Below, piece after piece: positions 1 through 11,864 of a stretch of 64,000 nucleotides of DNA. Origin of the DNA: Squalus acanthias (lineage: Eukaryota); contig CM059430.1 of the NCBI GenBank assembly GCA_030390025.1, positions 10,726,001 to 10,790,000 of the forward strand. Reading direction: 5' to 3'. A program made the position numbers and the translations under genes. Numbering within the stretch: the first letter of the stretch is position 1; the number at the start of each line of letters is the position of its first letter. The notes beneath the pieces were generated by a model that made no database searches, had not been told where the DNA came from, and worked only from the letters and a program-made list of their open reading frames with translations.

Positions 1-321
1 CAGCCGGTCAAGGCAAAGCTGCTTCCCTCCCAGCGATTAGCCTCCCTCCCCATGATCCACGCTCCGATCTCCGACCTGCTCTCCAATCTCCCGCACCCTC
101 CCTCCTCTCCGCTCCCCGGCTGTGGCCTTCTAGTGCAGGCCGTCCCGCCCAACAGCCAGCCAGCCTCTCAGTCTGGCCAGCTATTGCCCGGGAAACAGCA
201 AAAAAAAATTCAAATGACATCCTGCTGTTAAATTTGGCAGGACCTCAATGTTCCCTGCATTTCCAGGTTTCCCCGTCGCTATGACCCCAACCCCGCCCCA
301 CCTCCCTGTAAATATCGGGCC
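1..321. mobile_element. Right end of a non-autonomous Harbinger-like element (continues off the window)
   Basis: GC-rich stretch ending AAATATCGGGCC, the same terminus type as other MITEs here (AAAATATGGGCC at 2524, AAAATACGGCCC at 47528). Confidence 0.5.
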
Positions 322-400
322 TTAATTTCTTATCTGATTCAGATCATATGTCTGCAGAGTGGTGAATATGGCTGATGTGGTTGAACTGTTGCATACAGGT

Positions 401-640
401 TACATAAAATTACATCACAGTTACAGCACAGAAACAGGCCATTTGGCCTACCTGACCGGTGTTTATGCTCCACATTAGCCTCCTCCAAGTCTACTTCATC
501 TAACCCCATCAACATACCCTTCCATTCCCTTCTCCCTCATGTACTTTTCTGGCTTTCCCATAAATGCATTCTATGCTATTCGCCTCAACTACTCCATGTG
601 GCAGCAAGTTCCACATTCTCACCACTCGCTGGGTAAAGAA
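401..640 (-). mobile_element. CR1 LINE 3' end fragment
   Basis: Parallel to 33638-33930 (ACAGCACAGAAACAGGCC...CCACATTCTCACCACTC...GGGTAAAGAAG), the reverse complement of a CR1 ORF2 C-terminus and 3' UTR. Confidence 0.7.
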
Positions 641-733
641 GGTTGTACGCATTGTCCTACCTACAAAAAGACTTGCCAATGTGAGATCCTTGGTTTACCA
701 AGAGGGGTGATTGTCAGGAAGATTCAATCACAT

Positions 734-930
734 ATACAAAAGCAAAGTACTGCGGATGCTGGAAATCTGAAATAAAAAAAATAGAAAATGCTGAAAATAC
801 TCAGCAGGTCAGGCAGCATCTGTAGAGAGAGAGAAACAGAGTTAACGTTTCAGGTCAATGACCTGAAACGTTAACTCTGTTTCTCTCTCTACAGATGCTG
901 CCTGACCTGCTGAGTATTTCCAGCATTTTC
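734..930. mobile_element. Palindromic Penelope-derived non-autonomous element with 14-bp TSD
   Basis: Long inverted repeat centred near 857; direct repeat AGATTCAATCACAT at 720-733 and 931-944. Confidence 0.75.
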
Positions 931-1615
931 AGATTCAATCACATCATGTGTTAGAGTAATATTCTAAGCATTCATTCTTGATCATTGAATGTATGACTGC
1001 ATATTGCAAATGATCTAAATGGCACTCTGCTTCTGGCATTAAGTCTATTCATTCACAATCAAGAGGTTGCATCATTTGGTTTCACGGATGCCTAATGTTT
1101 AAATATAGCATGACGTTCTACGCCTGCTGTGGTCTCATCATGACAGATTTTAATCTTGGTTGTGTGTGAGGAAGGGGTTGAGAACAAAAAAAAATGTCAT
1201 TAACCATCTTGGCTTACTCAAAGGACATTTTCTACTCGTCAGTCATTGAACAGCATTGATAATAGTCAGATAGAATTCCAGGGCCTGGGCTACTTTGGCC
1301 TTCAGGCTGAAGGAGTCGAACTGGAGACGGATGGTCATGCAAGAAAACAGGATGAAATTAAATTGGGAAAACTTGCTATGTTTTCCTCTGCGGGGCTTGT
1401 TAATGTGGTTTGCATCTGTCTAAAAGTTTATTCATGCAGCAATCTTTGTGAGCAAGATTATACTATGCCAGGCCACTGTTACTGATTTACTCACAGCAAA
1501 TTCATTGTGTAGTAAGAAGTAGGCTTTATTTCTTTAACAGTATCTTTTTGGCAGTATGGCAAGGGAGGTTAACACTGCAAAATGGTAGACTTTCCCATTT
1601 TGGGCACTTGGTGTT

Positions 1616-2524
1616 GGGCCGTATATTCTGATGCCCATGGGTTTGGTGTTGGGCCGTATATTCTGATGCCCATGGGTGTGTACACACTGTGTACACACCC
1701 GTAGGGACATTGGAAATGCCAGTTTCAGGTATGCCAAGCGCATGCACTGAAAACCGGCATTTCCGATCTGTCAAGAATCCTCTTGATGTGGAGATGCCGG
1801 TGTTGGACTGGGGTGGACAAAAATGAGAAGTCGCACAACACCAGGTTATAGTCCAACAGATTAATTAAATAAATCTGTTGGACTATAACCTGGTGTTGTG
1901 CGACTTCTCATAAGAATCCTCTTGACAGATCGGATGCCTGCCCTGGAGAAAGGCCTCTGCGGGCAGATAGTTCCGCTTTCTGGAGAACCTCCGCCCGCAG
2001 AAAACCCTTAGAAATCTTACGCCTGGTAAAAGCAGGTGTAAGACCTGCTTTTACCAGCATAAGAGTTGAAAAAAGTTAAAAAAAAAAATTTCACTCATTT
2101 ATCATTTAAAAATACTTTTAAAAAAGGTAAGTTTATTTTTAGCCCTGTAAAAAGCTTCAATTACTTTTTTCAAAAAATTAAATTTTTGTTTAAAATATTT
2201 AATTTATTGTAATTTCAACTCATTTTAAAAATGTGATTTAAAAAAAATATATATTTAATGTTTTACAGTGTTTTTGGGGTGATCTCCATTCATATATTTG
2301 ACAGGTCTGTCTGTCAAGTGTATGAAGGGAGATTCCCTTCTCCTATTGGCTCCCCATGGCGAACCGCATGCGCCTCTGGGATACGTGGGCCCTGGGCATT
2401 GCGAGTTGGAGAGGCCCAGGAACGGAAGTATACGCACCTCGGGAGCCCTCAGGTAAGTCCGTAGATTTTTTTCCAGATCGGAGGCATCCGCACGCAGGAA
2501 GCCTCTGATCGGAAAATATGGGCC
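1616..2524. mobile_element. Harbinger-type MITE (paralog of 46803-47528) with a nested insertion and a duplicated left end
   Basis: TIRs GGGCCGTATATTCTGAT / ATCGGAAAATATGGGCC; colinear with 46803-47528; 35-bp tandem duplication at 1608-1642 and 1643-1677. Confidence 0.8.
1787..1911. mobile_element. Short palindromic Penelope-LTR-like insertion with 14-bp TSD
   Basis: About 40-bp inverted arms at 1823-1911; TSD AAGAATCCTCTTGA at 1773-1786 and 1912-1925; the arm matches 51378-51413 downstream of the Penelope fragment. Confidence 0.8.
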
Positions 2525-3104
2525 TGTGTTAGCGTTGAGCATCCCCGGTCAAATGCGATCAACTGGAGACTAGAGCACCCTTTGTCCTGCTGTGCTTTAA
2601 CTATACACCTTGCTCTCAACTTCAGTAGAGCACCCCTACTGCACTAATGCGACATTTTTATTTGTCACAGGAGCCATCCTCTGCTCCTCTTGAGTGAAAT
2701 CGTCAAAATAGGATCGCTTTTGTCCTGGAGTCCTGCATCCACTCAGGAACGGGTCGAGGCAGCCCAAACTCATTTCACGTTGGATTCTTACAGCCAGCAA
2801 GTAACACTAGCTTTCATCTCACCAGTGTGGGTGAATTCAAATCCAGGTTCCTGAGGTGAAAAAAGAGTGCGTTAACCTGCTACACCACTCAACCCTCCAA
2901 TAAGTAGTTTCTACAACTTTATTAACATTCATCGAGTGTCACTGTTAGATACAGGAACAAGTCATTGGTTTTGGGTCATCGGGGCTGTAACTTCCTCTTT
3001 ACCTAACATTGAGATTGGTGCATGAAAAGACAAAAACTATTTCTTCCTGTATGTAAGAATATGCTGACAGAATTAGATTTCTTTAAGATTGACATGATAG
3101 GCTA

Positions 3105-3545
3105 TTTTTTTTATTCGTTCATGGGATGTGGGCGTCGCTGGCAAGGCCAGTATTTATTGCCCATCCCTAACTGCCCTTGAAAAGGTGGTGGTGAGCCGCC
3201 TTCTTGAACCGTTGTTCTTTGTAGTAGTTTGGTGGCTTGCTCGGCCATTTCAGAGGGCAGTTAAGAATCAACCACATTGCTGTGGGTCTGGAGTCACACA
3301 TAGGCCAGACCGGGTAAGGACGGCAGATTTCCTTCCCTAAAGGACATTAGTGAACCAGATAGGTTTTTATGACAATCCGATAGTTTCATGGTCACCATTA
3401 CTGATACTAGCTTTTTTATTCCAGATTTATTTAATTAACTGAATTTAAATTCCCAGCTGCCGTGGTGGGATTTGAACTCATGTCCCCCAAAGTATTAGTC
3501 TAGGGCTCTGGATTACTTGTCCAGTAACATAACTACTATGCTACC
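3105..3545 (-). mobile_element. Retroposon fragment (CR1-type tail; SINE/LINE)
   Basis: TTTATTCGTTCATGGGATGTGGGCGTCGCTGGCAAGGCCAG also occurs, decayed, at about 44445-44620; tRNA-like head reversed near 3460-3545. Confidence 0.55.
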
Positions 3546-4626
3546 ATTCAAATAGCTTTGAAAATGTACACATGTTGTTTAACTTAAACCATGATTGCTG
3601 GATTAGTGGACATAAGTACAACCCTGACAAGTATTAAGCAGAATGAGAGATTAGAAGAAATTTGTTCAGTCAGGACAACAGAACAACATCTGACCAGGTT
3701 TACCATTTCATTTCTGAGTTTGAAACTGATACGAAACCAAAGGGCCCTAGACATACATAAGAAAATATAGAAGAAGAAAAGGTTATTGGACCCATCAAGC
3801 CCACTCTTTCCAATAAATCATAAACAATCCCTTTGAACGTTCCTGAATTAGTCTTGTAATGAAGATAAGTAACCACTGGTAACCTTTCCACAAGAGATTT
3901 AAATCTATCAATTGAAAGTTCAACAGCTAGTCATCAGCACATTTAGGTAGAAATGTTCTCATTGGAGTGAGTTACCTCACTGAGGTGTCATAGATTTCCA
4001 CCAATAGGCTTTTTGCTGAGATTATTAAACTGTTTTGCCACGTACTGACATAAATTTACCTCAAAACATTTGTCCACTAATTTAGGTGAGAATAAGATAC
4101 GCAATTCAATTCTCTTAGCTATTGGGGTGCCAAGCAGGTGTCACAGTGTAGCTCATCGGATTGAGGCCTCAAGATCGGGCCGGGGCAGCTGCCAGCAAGA
4201 TAAGTTGTGGGTGTGGGGAGAGTCACTATTGCGGAGCACAGGGGTCCCGGGGCCTGCTCCTGCTCTTCCGAGGCCCCCAATAATTATTTAGCACTTGCCT
4301 TTGGCTGGCCTCATCAGCTCCATCGCCCATGTGTGCGTGGCACAGGCTCTGACCAGTTCCAAATTAAAATGGTAATCAGGGTCCTATTTAAGACATAGAA
4401 CCCGATATGCATATTAGACGGGACCTATCGTCTGAAACAGGCAGGTGCTTTGGACACCCAGCAGTAGGCCCCTTTCAAAAACTGCTGGCTGCAATGTCAG
4501 TGTTAACGGGATAGTAAGGCTATTAACCTCATTTTGAGACCGTTACTGCCCCATTAATGCCAAGCGAAGGTAGTGAAATACGACCCCTCTGTCCTTAGGT
4601 TGCACCTAACAAATCTTCGCGTTTAC

Positions 4627-5055
4627 AGAGCACCGCACTGTCGGAGGTGCCGTCTTTCAGATGAGACATGAAACCGAGGTCCCGCCTGCTCTCTCAGGTG
4701 GACGTAAAAGATCCCATGCCGCTATTTCGAAGAAGAGCAGGGGAGTTCTTCCTGGTGTCCTGGGCCAATATTTATCCCTCAACCAACATCACTAAAACAG
4801 TTGATCAGACCTTTATTTAAAAAAAAGACAGACTTGCATTTCTATAGCGCCTTTCACGACCACCGGACGTCTCAAAGCGCTTTACAGCCAATGAAGTACA
4901 TTGCTGTCTGTGGGAGCTTGCTGTGCGCAAATTGGCTGCCTCGTTTCCTACATTACAACAGTGACTACACTCCAAAAAGTACTTCATTGGCTGTAAAATG
5001 CTTTGGGACGTCCTGAGGTCATGAAAGGTGCTATATAAATGCAAGTCTTTCTTTT
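4627..5055 (+). mobile_element. DeuSINE (SacSINE1-like), 5'-truncated, with an internal inverted copy of its own tail
   Basis: Deu-domain text GGATGAGAC..AAACCGAGG..AAAAGATCCCATG and tail GCTATATAAATGCAAGTCTTTC; 4818-4898 is the reverse complement of the tail. Confidence 0.8.
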
Positions 5056-6639
5056 TTATTCTGGTTCTAATCCATACAGTCCAAAAGGTTCGAACCCTAG
5101 CCTGTGCTGTGCTGGGACAGCAGTTGGTTTGCAATAATTTGCCAAAACACCCCCGAGCAAGGGAGGGGAAGCATTGTCAGGATTTCTACTTCTGATTGCT
5201 ATCCAGTGACCCTTACTGGAAAGTATGTGTGTCGGCACTCGTCGTTCAGGCTCAGGCACCAAGAACAGCCATTTGGGTGAGGTACCGAAAGCTGGCCAGT
5301 TTCCGTAAAAAAAAAACCCGTACCCCTCAATAACTCTTTTAGCCAAGGCAGAAATTGTCGAGTGACTTAAAATAAAAGGGAAGTGGCGCGCACTCTGTTT
5401 CTGTGACCTATGAATGTTTGGTGGCATCCAAACTGAGTCACGACGCAAGAGAAAGATAACGGTTTAAGATAATGGCATTTATTCAGCCAGTTACTTGCAG
5501 TTCCAAGGAAGCCTGAAGTGACTGCTGAAGCAGGCAACCAGATTGGATTTCAGTGATGAATGAGCTGCAGATAAGATTCCAGCATTTGAGCTGCTTAAGG
5601 ATTTCCACAGTCTCTTAACAATCAAAATAACAGCCACACTTCCTATCAAACGTTTCCAGTTCCATGCGCTTTGCAGAAATTTAAAAGTCCGTAATACAAA
5701 CACCTCTGGCTAAAACATGGAGCGAAGCCCAATGATCATTATCAGGAGGCTATCAGCCACGTTTGCCTCTGTCGCGTAGCTTAAGGAGAAGCTGCAAACG
5801 ATTTGTGCTTTCATCACTTCACATTAGCTATGGGCGTGTTTTTTTCCCCCCGACTTGGCATGCAGAGTAAGTTGAGAGTTGAATATAGTGGGTGTTTGCA
5901 ATGCAATTGTTTAGCCGTACTTAAGTCCTCATATGGGTAACCTGATAATGCAAAGCATCAAAATAAGTGTTCCCCTGAGCGTTTAACAGTTTGACAGTGG
6001 CTGCAGACAAGAAATAGCTCCCTGTTCACGAGAACAATATTACCGTAGATTATTTTTTTTCTGGATTCATTTAAGAAGTGGCGGATCTAACCAGGCTTGC
6101 GGGCTGAAATTCAGAGGCAGTTCAGAACCAGTTAATGCCTCTTGTCGCAAGATTCAAAGTGCAGTGTTGTTTATAGATTAAGAATGCTGGTTATTTTCGG
6201 AGTATTATGGTAACTCAATGCATGCTTGTTCAGGTATGAGTGCAGAGCGGAGCCTCCTCAGGATCAGACCCAGTTTTTGACAGCTCCGTTTTGTGACGCA
6301 GCAGGCTGTAGCATTGGGTGGGCATTTCAGAACAAGCGCTGGGACAGAAACAGAACTGCATTATGCAATATTCTGGTACCTTGCTGATGTAACACGATCT
6401 CTCTGTTTGACAGAGTGAAATGTGTAGCATGTATTTAATAAAAAAAAACAAAAAATTGGTTTCTGCGGGGACTGATGGGCTTTCACACAAGCAATCGATG
6501 TTCCATTCGGGGTGTTCATAAAAATGTTTTCGGGTCTTTGCAGAAAGAATATATGTTCGAATCAATCTAATTCATGCATGTGCCTTGGATAGGATGCTAT
6601 TGGTGTAATATCATGAATGGGGTGACAATTGAACTGCGA

Positions 6640-6926
6640 AACAACACTTTGTATCGATATAGCACATTTTACCTAGCAAAACAGCCCAAGACACTTCACA
6701 GAGGTCTATTCCAAGAAGCGCAGGGGAGTTCTCCCAGTGTCCTGGCCAATAATTATACCTCAACCAACATCACTAAAACAGCTGTTTGTGGGATCTTGCT
6801 GTGTGCAAATATGCCTGCCACGTTTGCCTACATTACAACCTCGCTACAACATTACTTCATTGGTTGTGAAATGCTTTGGGATGTCCTGAGGTCGTGAAAG
6901 GTGCTATTTGCAAGTTCTGTCTTTCT
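6640..6926 (+). mobile_element. Decayed DeuSINE fragment
   Basis: Matches the body and tail of 29895-30322. Confidence 0.65.
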
Positions 6927-7215
6927 TTAAATTGTACTGCACAATTTATAGTGATAATTGAACAGTAACAGTCATGATCATTTAATAATAGTATTGACCC
7001 TCCAGTTTGTGGGGGGGGGGGGGGGGGAGGGAGGGAATTATGGCTTGTGAGTAATTAATGAAAATGGAAGAATATGTAAACTGACACCAAGATCAGTGAA
7101 AATTACAGCACGACATTCCCTCTCATATTCTTCCAGTTGCACGTACAAAGTATTAAACGAAAGCAGACGAAATATAACTGCACCACCCACTGTAAAACTG
7201 AGTTATACAAATTAG

Positions 7216-7606
7216 CAGGTCAGGCAGCATCTGTGGAGAGAGAAACAGAGTTACCGTTTCAGGTCGATGACCCATCGTCAGAACTGGAAAAAGTTGGAGA
7301 TGTAACAGGTTTTTAAGTAAATGTAGGGGCAGGGAAAGGGGGGAGGGGAGGCAAGAACAAAAGGGAAGGTCATCCTATCACAGACCTTCCCTTTTGTTCT
7401 TTGCTCCCCTCCTCCCCCCTCTCCCTGCCCCTACACTTGCTTAAAAACCTGTTCCATCTCTAACTTGTGCCAGTTCTGAGGAAGGGTCATCGAGCTGAAA
7501 CGTTAACTCTGTTTCTCTCTCCACAGATGCTGCCTGACCTGCTGAGGATTTCCAGCATTTTCTGGTTTTTTTTCAGATTTCCAGCATCCGCAGTATTTTG
7601 CTTTTG
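7216..7606. mobile_element. Palindromic Penelope-derived element with two opposed hammerhead motifs and 10-bp TSD
   Basis: The whole unit is an inverted repeat centred near 7380; TSD TACAAATTAG at 7206-7215 and 7607-7616. Confidence 0.8.
7472..7508 (+). ncRNA. Minimal type I hammerhead ribozyme motif
   Basis: AGTT-CTGAGGA-AGGGTC atc GAGCT-GAAA-CG-TT-AACT: CUGANGA and GAAA core, stem I AGUU/AACU, one stem II mismatch. Confidence 0.65.
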
Positions 7607-8467
7607 TACAAATTAGGAAGGTTCCAGGCTCGAACTCCAATCTGTGCTGAGTCAAAGCATCTTCAGCGGTCACGCCCTTTTAAAATGCAAATCAGGGTTA
7701 GGGAACGAGGGGTAAAAAAAACGCTGCAACTCACACTCCTGATCACAACCCAATGAGTTCTGCTGGAAAGCCCAATTGGATGGCTCTCAGGGTGGGCTTC
7801 GATCGGCCTGTGCTGGCCTGTGTGGTTAAATAGCCTGTCGAGACACACTGCTGTAGATTTTGAGGCCTCCCTTCAGGCAGAAATGTGGCAGTAGTGCCCC
7901 AAATATGCTAGGCAAGGAGTTACCTCAGTCGGGCACTGGAGTGTCAACCTTGATTTTTGTGCTCTAGTCCCTGGAGTGGGACTGTGAACCCACAACCTTC
8001 TGACTCAGAGGCGAAAGTGCTACCCACTGAGCCACACTTGACAGTCAACACATTGAAAAGAGGGGAAATAGTGAAGGAAATCGAGAAAAAAAATGAGAAA
8101 GGAGATAGTGGCGCTCCAGCACAGGTGATAGACCAGAAGTGAAAGAAGCCGTGGAAATGTTTTAAACAGCTGATCTCGGATTAAAGGATTACTCCAAAGG
8201 TCAGGAATCTTTTCATGCTCCTCGAATTCCTGTGTCAGTGCTGCAATATCTTGTCTTCGTTATGGTAAGCAAATAGAGCTTTTTAAACACACAAGATTAT
8301 TTCTGGAACTTTAAGTGGGGAAAAAAATGAATTAATTCTTCAGAAAATAGCAATTTGTGGAGACAAAGGAAAGTGGCCAAGAAATGGAACAGGTCAAAGA
8401 GGTCATGAAGTATCAGAGTAAGAAAGCAAAGAAAAAAGCAAAACAGGATTGGCAGGAAATACAAACA

Positions 8468-8528
8468 TTCACACACAATCTCACACACTCACACACACTC
8501 TCACACACACACTCTCTCACACACACAC
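8468..8528. repeat. (CA)n/(CT) microsatellite abutting the assembly gap
   Basis: Seen directly. Confidence 0.9.
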
Positions 8529-9028
8529 NNNNNNNNNNNNNNNNNNNNNNNNNNNNNNNNNNNNNNNNNNNNNNNNNNNNNNNNNNNNNNNNNNNNNNNN
8601 NNNNNNNNNNNNNNNNNNNNNNNNNNNNNNNNNNNNNNNNNNNNNNNNNNNNNNNNNNNNNNNNNNNNNNNNNNNNNNNNNNNNNNNNNNNNNNNNNNNN
8701 NNNNNNNNNNNNNNNNNNNNNNNNNNNNNNNNNNNNNNNNNNNNNNNNNNNNNNNNNNNNNNNNNNNNNNNNNNNNNNNNNNNNNNNNNNNNNNNNNNNN
8801 NNNNNNNNNNNNNNNNNNNNNNNNNNNNNNNNNNNNNNNNNNNNNNNNNNNNNNNNNNNNNNNNNNNNNNNNNNNNNNNNNNNNNNNNNNNNNNNNNNNN
8901 NNNNNNNNNNNNNNNNNNNNNNNNNNNNNNNNNNNNNNNNNNNNNNNNNNNNNNNNNNNNNNNNNNNNNNNNNNNNNNNNNNNNNNNNNNNNNNNNNNNN
9001 NNNNNNNNNNNNNNNNNNNNNNNNNNNN
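8529..9028. other. Assembly gap (500 N)
   Basis: Run of N. Confidence 1.
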
Positions 9029-10798
9029 GGGGGGTCAGCAGGCGCGTTTGGTGGCAGGGTCGGCTGAGAATTATTTTTTTTGACAGCGGGTAGGGAACCC
9101 CCTGTCATCCCGCTGCCACGCTAGTTTCCCAGATGTTGCGTCTGTCATCACTGAACATACCTGACACCAAGCGGCGGGGGAGGCAATTTAGACGATTAAG
9201 AGCTTGTTAACAGGCACTGAAAAACTATTTCAAGCTCATCTTTAAATTTTAATAATTCGCCCATGGGTTCTCCACTGCTCGGTGATCATGTCAGGTGAGC
9301 AGGTCGGGTGCTGTGTCAGCATGGGATCATTTCTTTACTTGACAGCTGAAAATGTGCTATAAAAGCTCCCATCTCACAGCTGTTCACTTTCCAATGTCAG
9401 AAGCTGTTGCTTACTGCATTTGGAAGACAGATTGAGCTTTATGCAGCTCGCAAGTGTTTGGAGCAAACTCTCTATCCAGTGTCACCTCATTGGAACAACC
9501 TCTCTCACCATTGACAGATCGCTTCTGCCATCTCAACCTCACCTGCCATCTATTCCATCAGCATCGGTGCCCTTGAAAGTATTTCACCTTGGTCCTCAGA
9601 ATCCCACCACGGTCAGCCCCAACACCAGCAGCACCAGGCACACCAGCAGCACCAACAACAACACCAGCCTTCTCCGCAATCAACTGATTCTGCACAGGAC
9701 ACAGGGCATCAGCACCCGAGCACATTGCTGCCCGGGACGCCAGGGATGGCCTCACCATGGCCGCATCTACTTCACTTGATGCTGTACACCCTGGCTGCAA
9801 CAAGATATGCCAGGTTGGCACCACCCCACACCAACATCATAAAGCATCCCTATAATGCCCAAGCCAATCCTTTCACACTCATCGCCAATGCGGGGGGTAC
9901 AGTTATGTCTCAACATTCACTGCAACTCACTAAGCCACTTCCAAAGGTGCATAGAAATCTGTCCAAGAACGCAAAGTGTTGAAAATAAAGACTTCAATGT
10001 TTGACAGCACATTAATAGAAACTTCACATGAACATTGGCTAAAACACCCAAGTGCTTACCCTTGTGTGTTGTTAGTTGGTATGATTAGACCAGGATGAGG
10101 GTGAGTGTGAGGGGTGGCTAGTTAGATGGGGAAGTGATATTGTAGATAGAGAGGGATAGGTGGAGGTGAAAGGTAAGTTGGGGTGAGTAAGGATGTGCAG
10201 GAGTAGGGTAGGGAAGGCAGAGAGATGGGGATGTGATGAGTGGCACAGCAGGATGAGGTTTAGTGTGGCTTTGCAGTAACATTTCGTGATCTACTGAGAT
10301 CATTGAAAGGCTTGCGCCACTGCAGCCTGGACCTCCTGACGACATCTCTGCTTATGTCCTCTTGTGCAATGTGCAACCAGGCTGCGTTGATCTCCTGGGG
10401 AGGTCTCTTCGGACCAAAGGAAGGGAAGAGACCTCCCTGCGTGCTGTGACTCCCTCCATAAGCATATGGAGGGAGTCATGGGAGAGCCTGGGTGTAGTCA
10501 TGCACCTCTGTGCAGTGCTTGTCAGTGTTTGCAGCACCTCAATGCTGTAGAACACTGACAGCACAACTGGCAAAATCAATTTGCACATGGTCCCTTTAAG
10601 GAAACCGGCTGATGACGCGTCATCAAGTGACGTCATCAGACCCGCTTCCTTCAGTTGGCCGGGAAAGGCGCTGGGCGGGCTTAACAAGCCCAATCAACGT
10701 AAGATCACTTTGGACAGCGGACTGGAGCCAGCAGCAGACTGGACCCCGCCACTGACCTCGGCCACACCAGATCCGCTGAGGTCGGGGAAATCGCAGCT
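9029..10798. mobile_element. Internally deleted Harbinger derivative (paralog of 52532-54329); left TIR lost in the gap
   Basis: Colinear with 52545-54329; Myb/SANT remnant on the minus strand at about 10270-10500 (PRLSHDSLHMLMEGVTARRE...QCRKPFNDL); right end GGAAATCGCAGCT. Confidence 0.8.
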
Positions 10799-10905
10799 GT
10801 TAACTCTGTTTCTCTCTCCACAGATGCAGCCTGACCTGCTGAGCATTTACAGCATTTTCTGTTGTTATCTCAGATTTCCAGCCTCCGCAGTGTTTTGCTT
10901 CTGCT
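10799..10905 (+). mobile_element. Arm of the Penelope-derived palindromic repeat (host of the Harbinger insertion)
   Basis: GTTAACTCTGTTTCTCTCTCCACAGATGC..., the same text as 7502-7606. Confidence 0.8.
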
Positions 10906-10989
10906 TATGGTTGTCGTTGGCTCATTTCAGAATTTAAAAATAGCATGCCAATTCCTAATCTTGCCAGAAAATCTTTAAGTCTTTTACTC

Positions 10990-11864
10990 TTAGGTGGAAA
11001 AGTAAGCTGTGAGGAGGACGCAAAGAACCTGCAAAGGGATATAGACAGGTTAAGTGAGTGGGCAATAAGGTGGCAGATGGAGTATAATGTGGGGAAATGT
11101 GAGGTTATTCATTTTGGTAGGAAGAATAGAAAAACAGAATATTTTTTAAATGATGAGAAACTATTAAATGTTGGTGTTCAGAGAAACACAGAAGGTTAGC
11201 ATGCAGGTACAGCCAGCAATTAGGAAGGCAAGTGGCATGTTGGACTTTATTGCTAGAGGGTTGGAGTACAAGAGTTTGAAAATCTTGCTACAATTGTACA
11301 GGGCTCTGGTGAGACCACACCTGGAGTACTGTGCACAGTTTTGGTCTCCTTATCTAAGGAAGGATATACTTGCTTTAGAGGCAGCTGCAATGAAGGTTCA
11401 GTAGATTGATCCTGGGATGAGAGGGTTGTTCTATGAGGAGAGATTGAGTAGATTGGTCCTATACTCTCTGGAGTTTAGAAGAATGAGAGGTGATCACATT
11501 GAAACATATAAGATTCTGAGGGGGATTGTTGAGAGATTGTTTCCCCTGGCTGGAGAGTCTAGAACTAGGGGGCATAGTCTCAGGATAAGGGGCTAACCTT
11601 TTAAGACTGAGATGAGGAGGAATTTCTTCACTCAGAGGGTTGTGAATCTTTGGAATTCTCTGCCCTAAAGTGCTGTGAATGCTCAGTTGAGTACATTCAA
11701 GGCTGAGGTAGATAGATTTTTGGACTCGAGGGGAATCAAGGGATATGGGGATAGGGTGTGAAAGTGGAGTTGAGGTAGAAGATCAGCCATGATCTTATTG
11801 AATGGCAGAGCAGGCTCGAGGGGCCTTATGGCCTACTCCTGCTCCTAATCCTTATGTTCTTATG
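10990..11864 (+). mobile_element. CR1 (HER1-like) LINE, 5'-truncated, frameshifted
   Basis: LQRDIDRLSEWA...KCEVIHFG and LYRALVRPHLEYCAQFWSP; CTTATGTT tail. Confidence 0.9.

Noticed and set aside
1608-1677. 35-bp direct repeat suggestive of a CRISPR array
   Set aside because: Only two adjacent copies, no spacer, eukaryotic context; it is a local tandem duplication of a MITE end.
8357-9108. ORFs of more than 200 aa across 8.4-9.1 kb
   Set aside because: Artefacts of the N gap.
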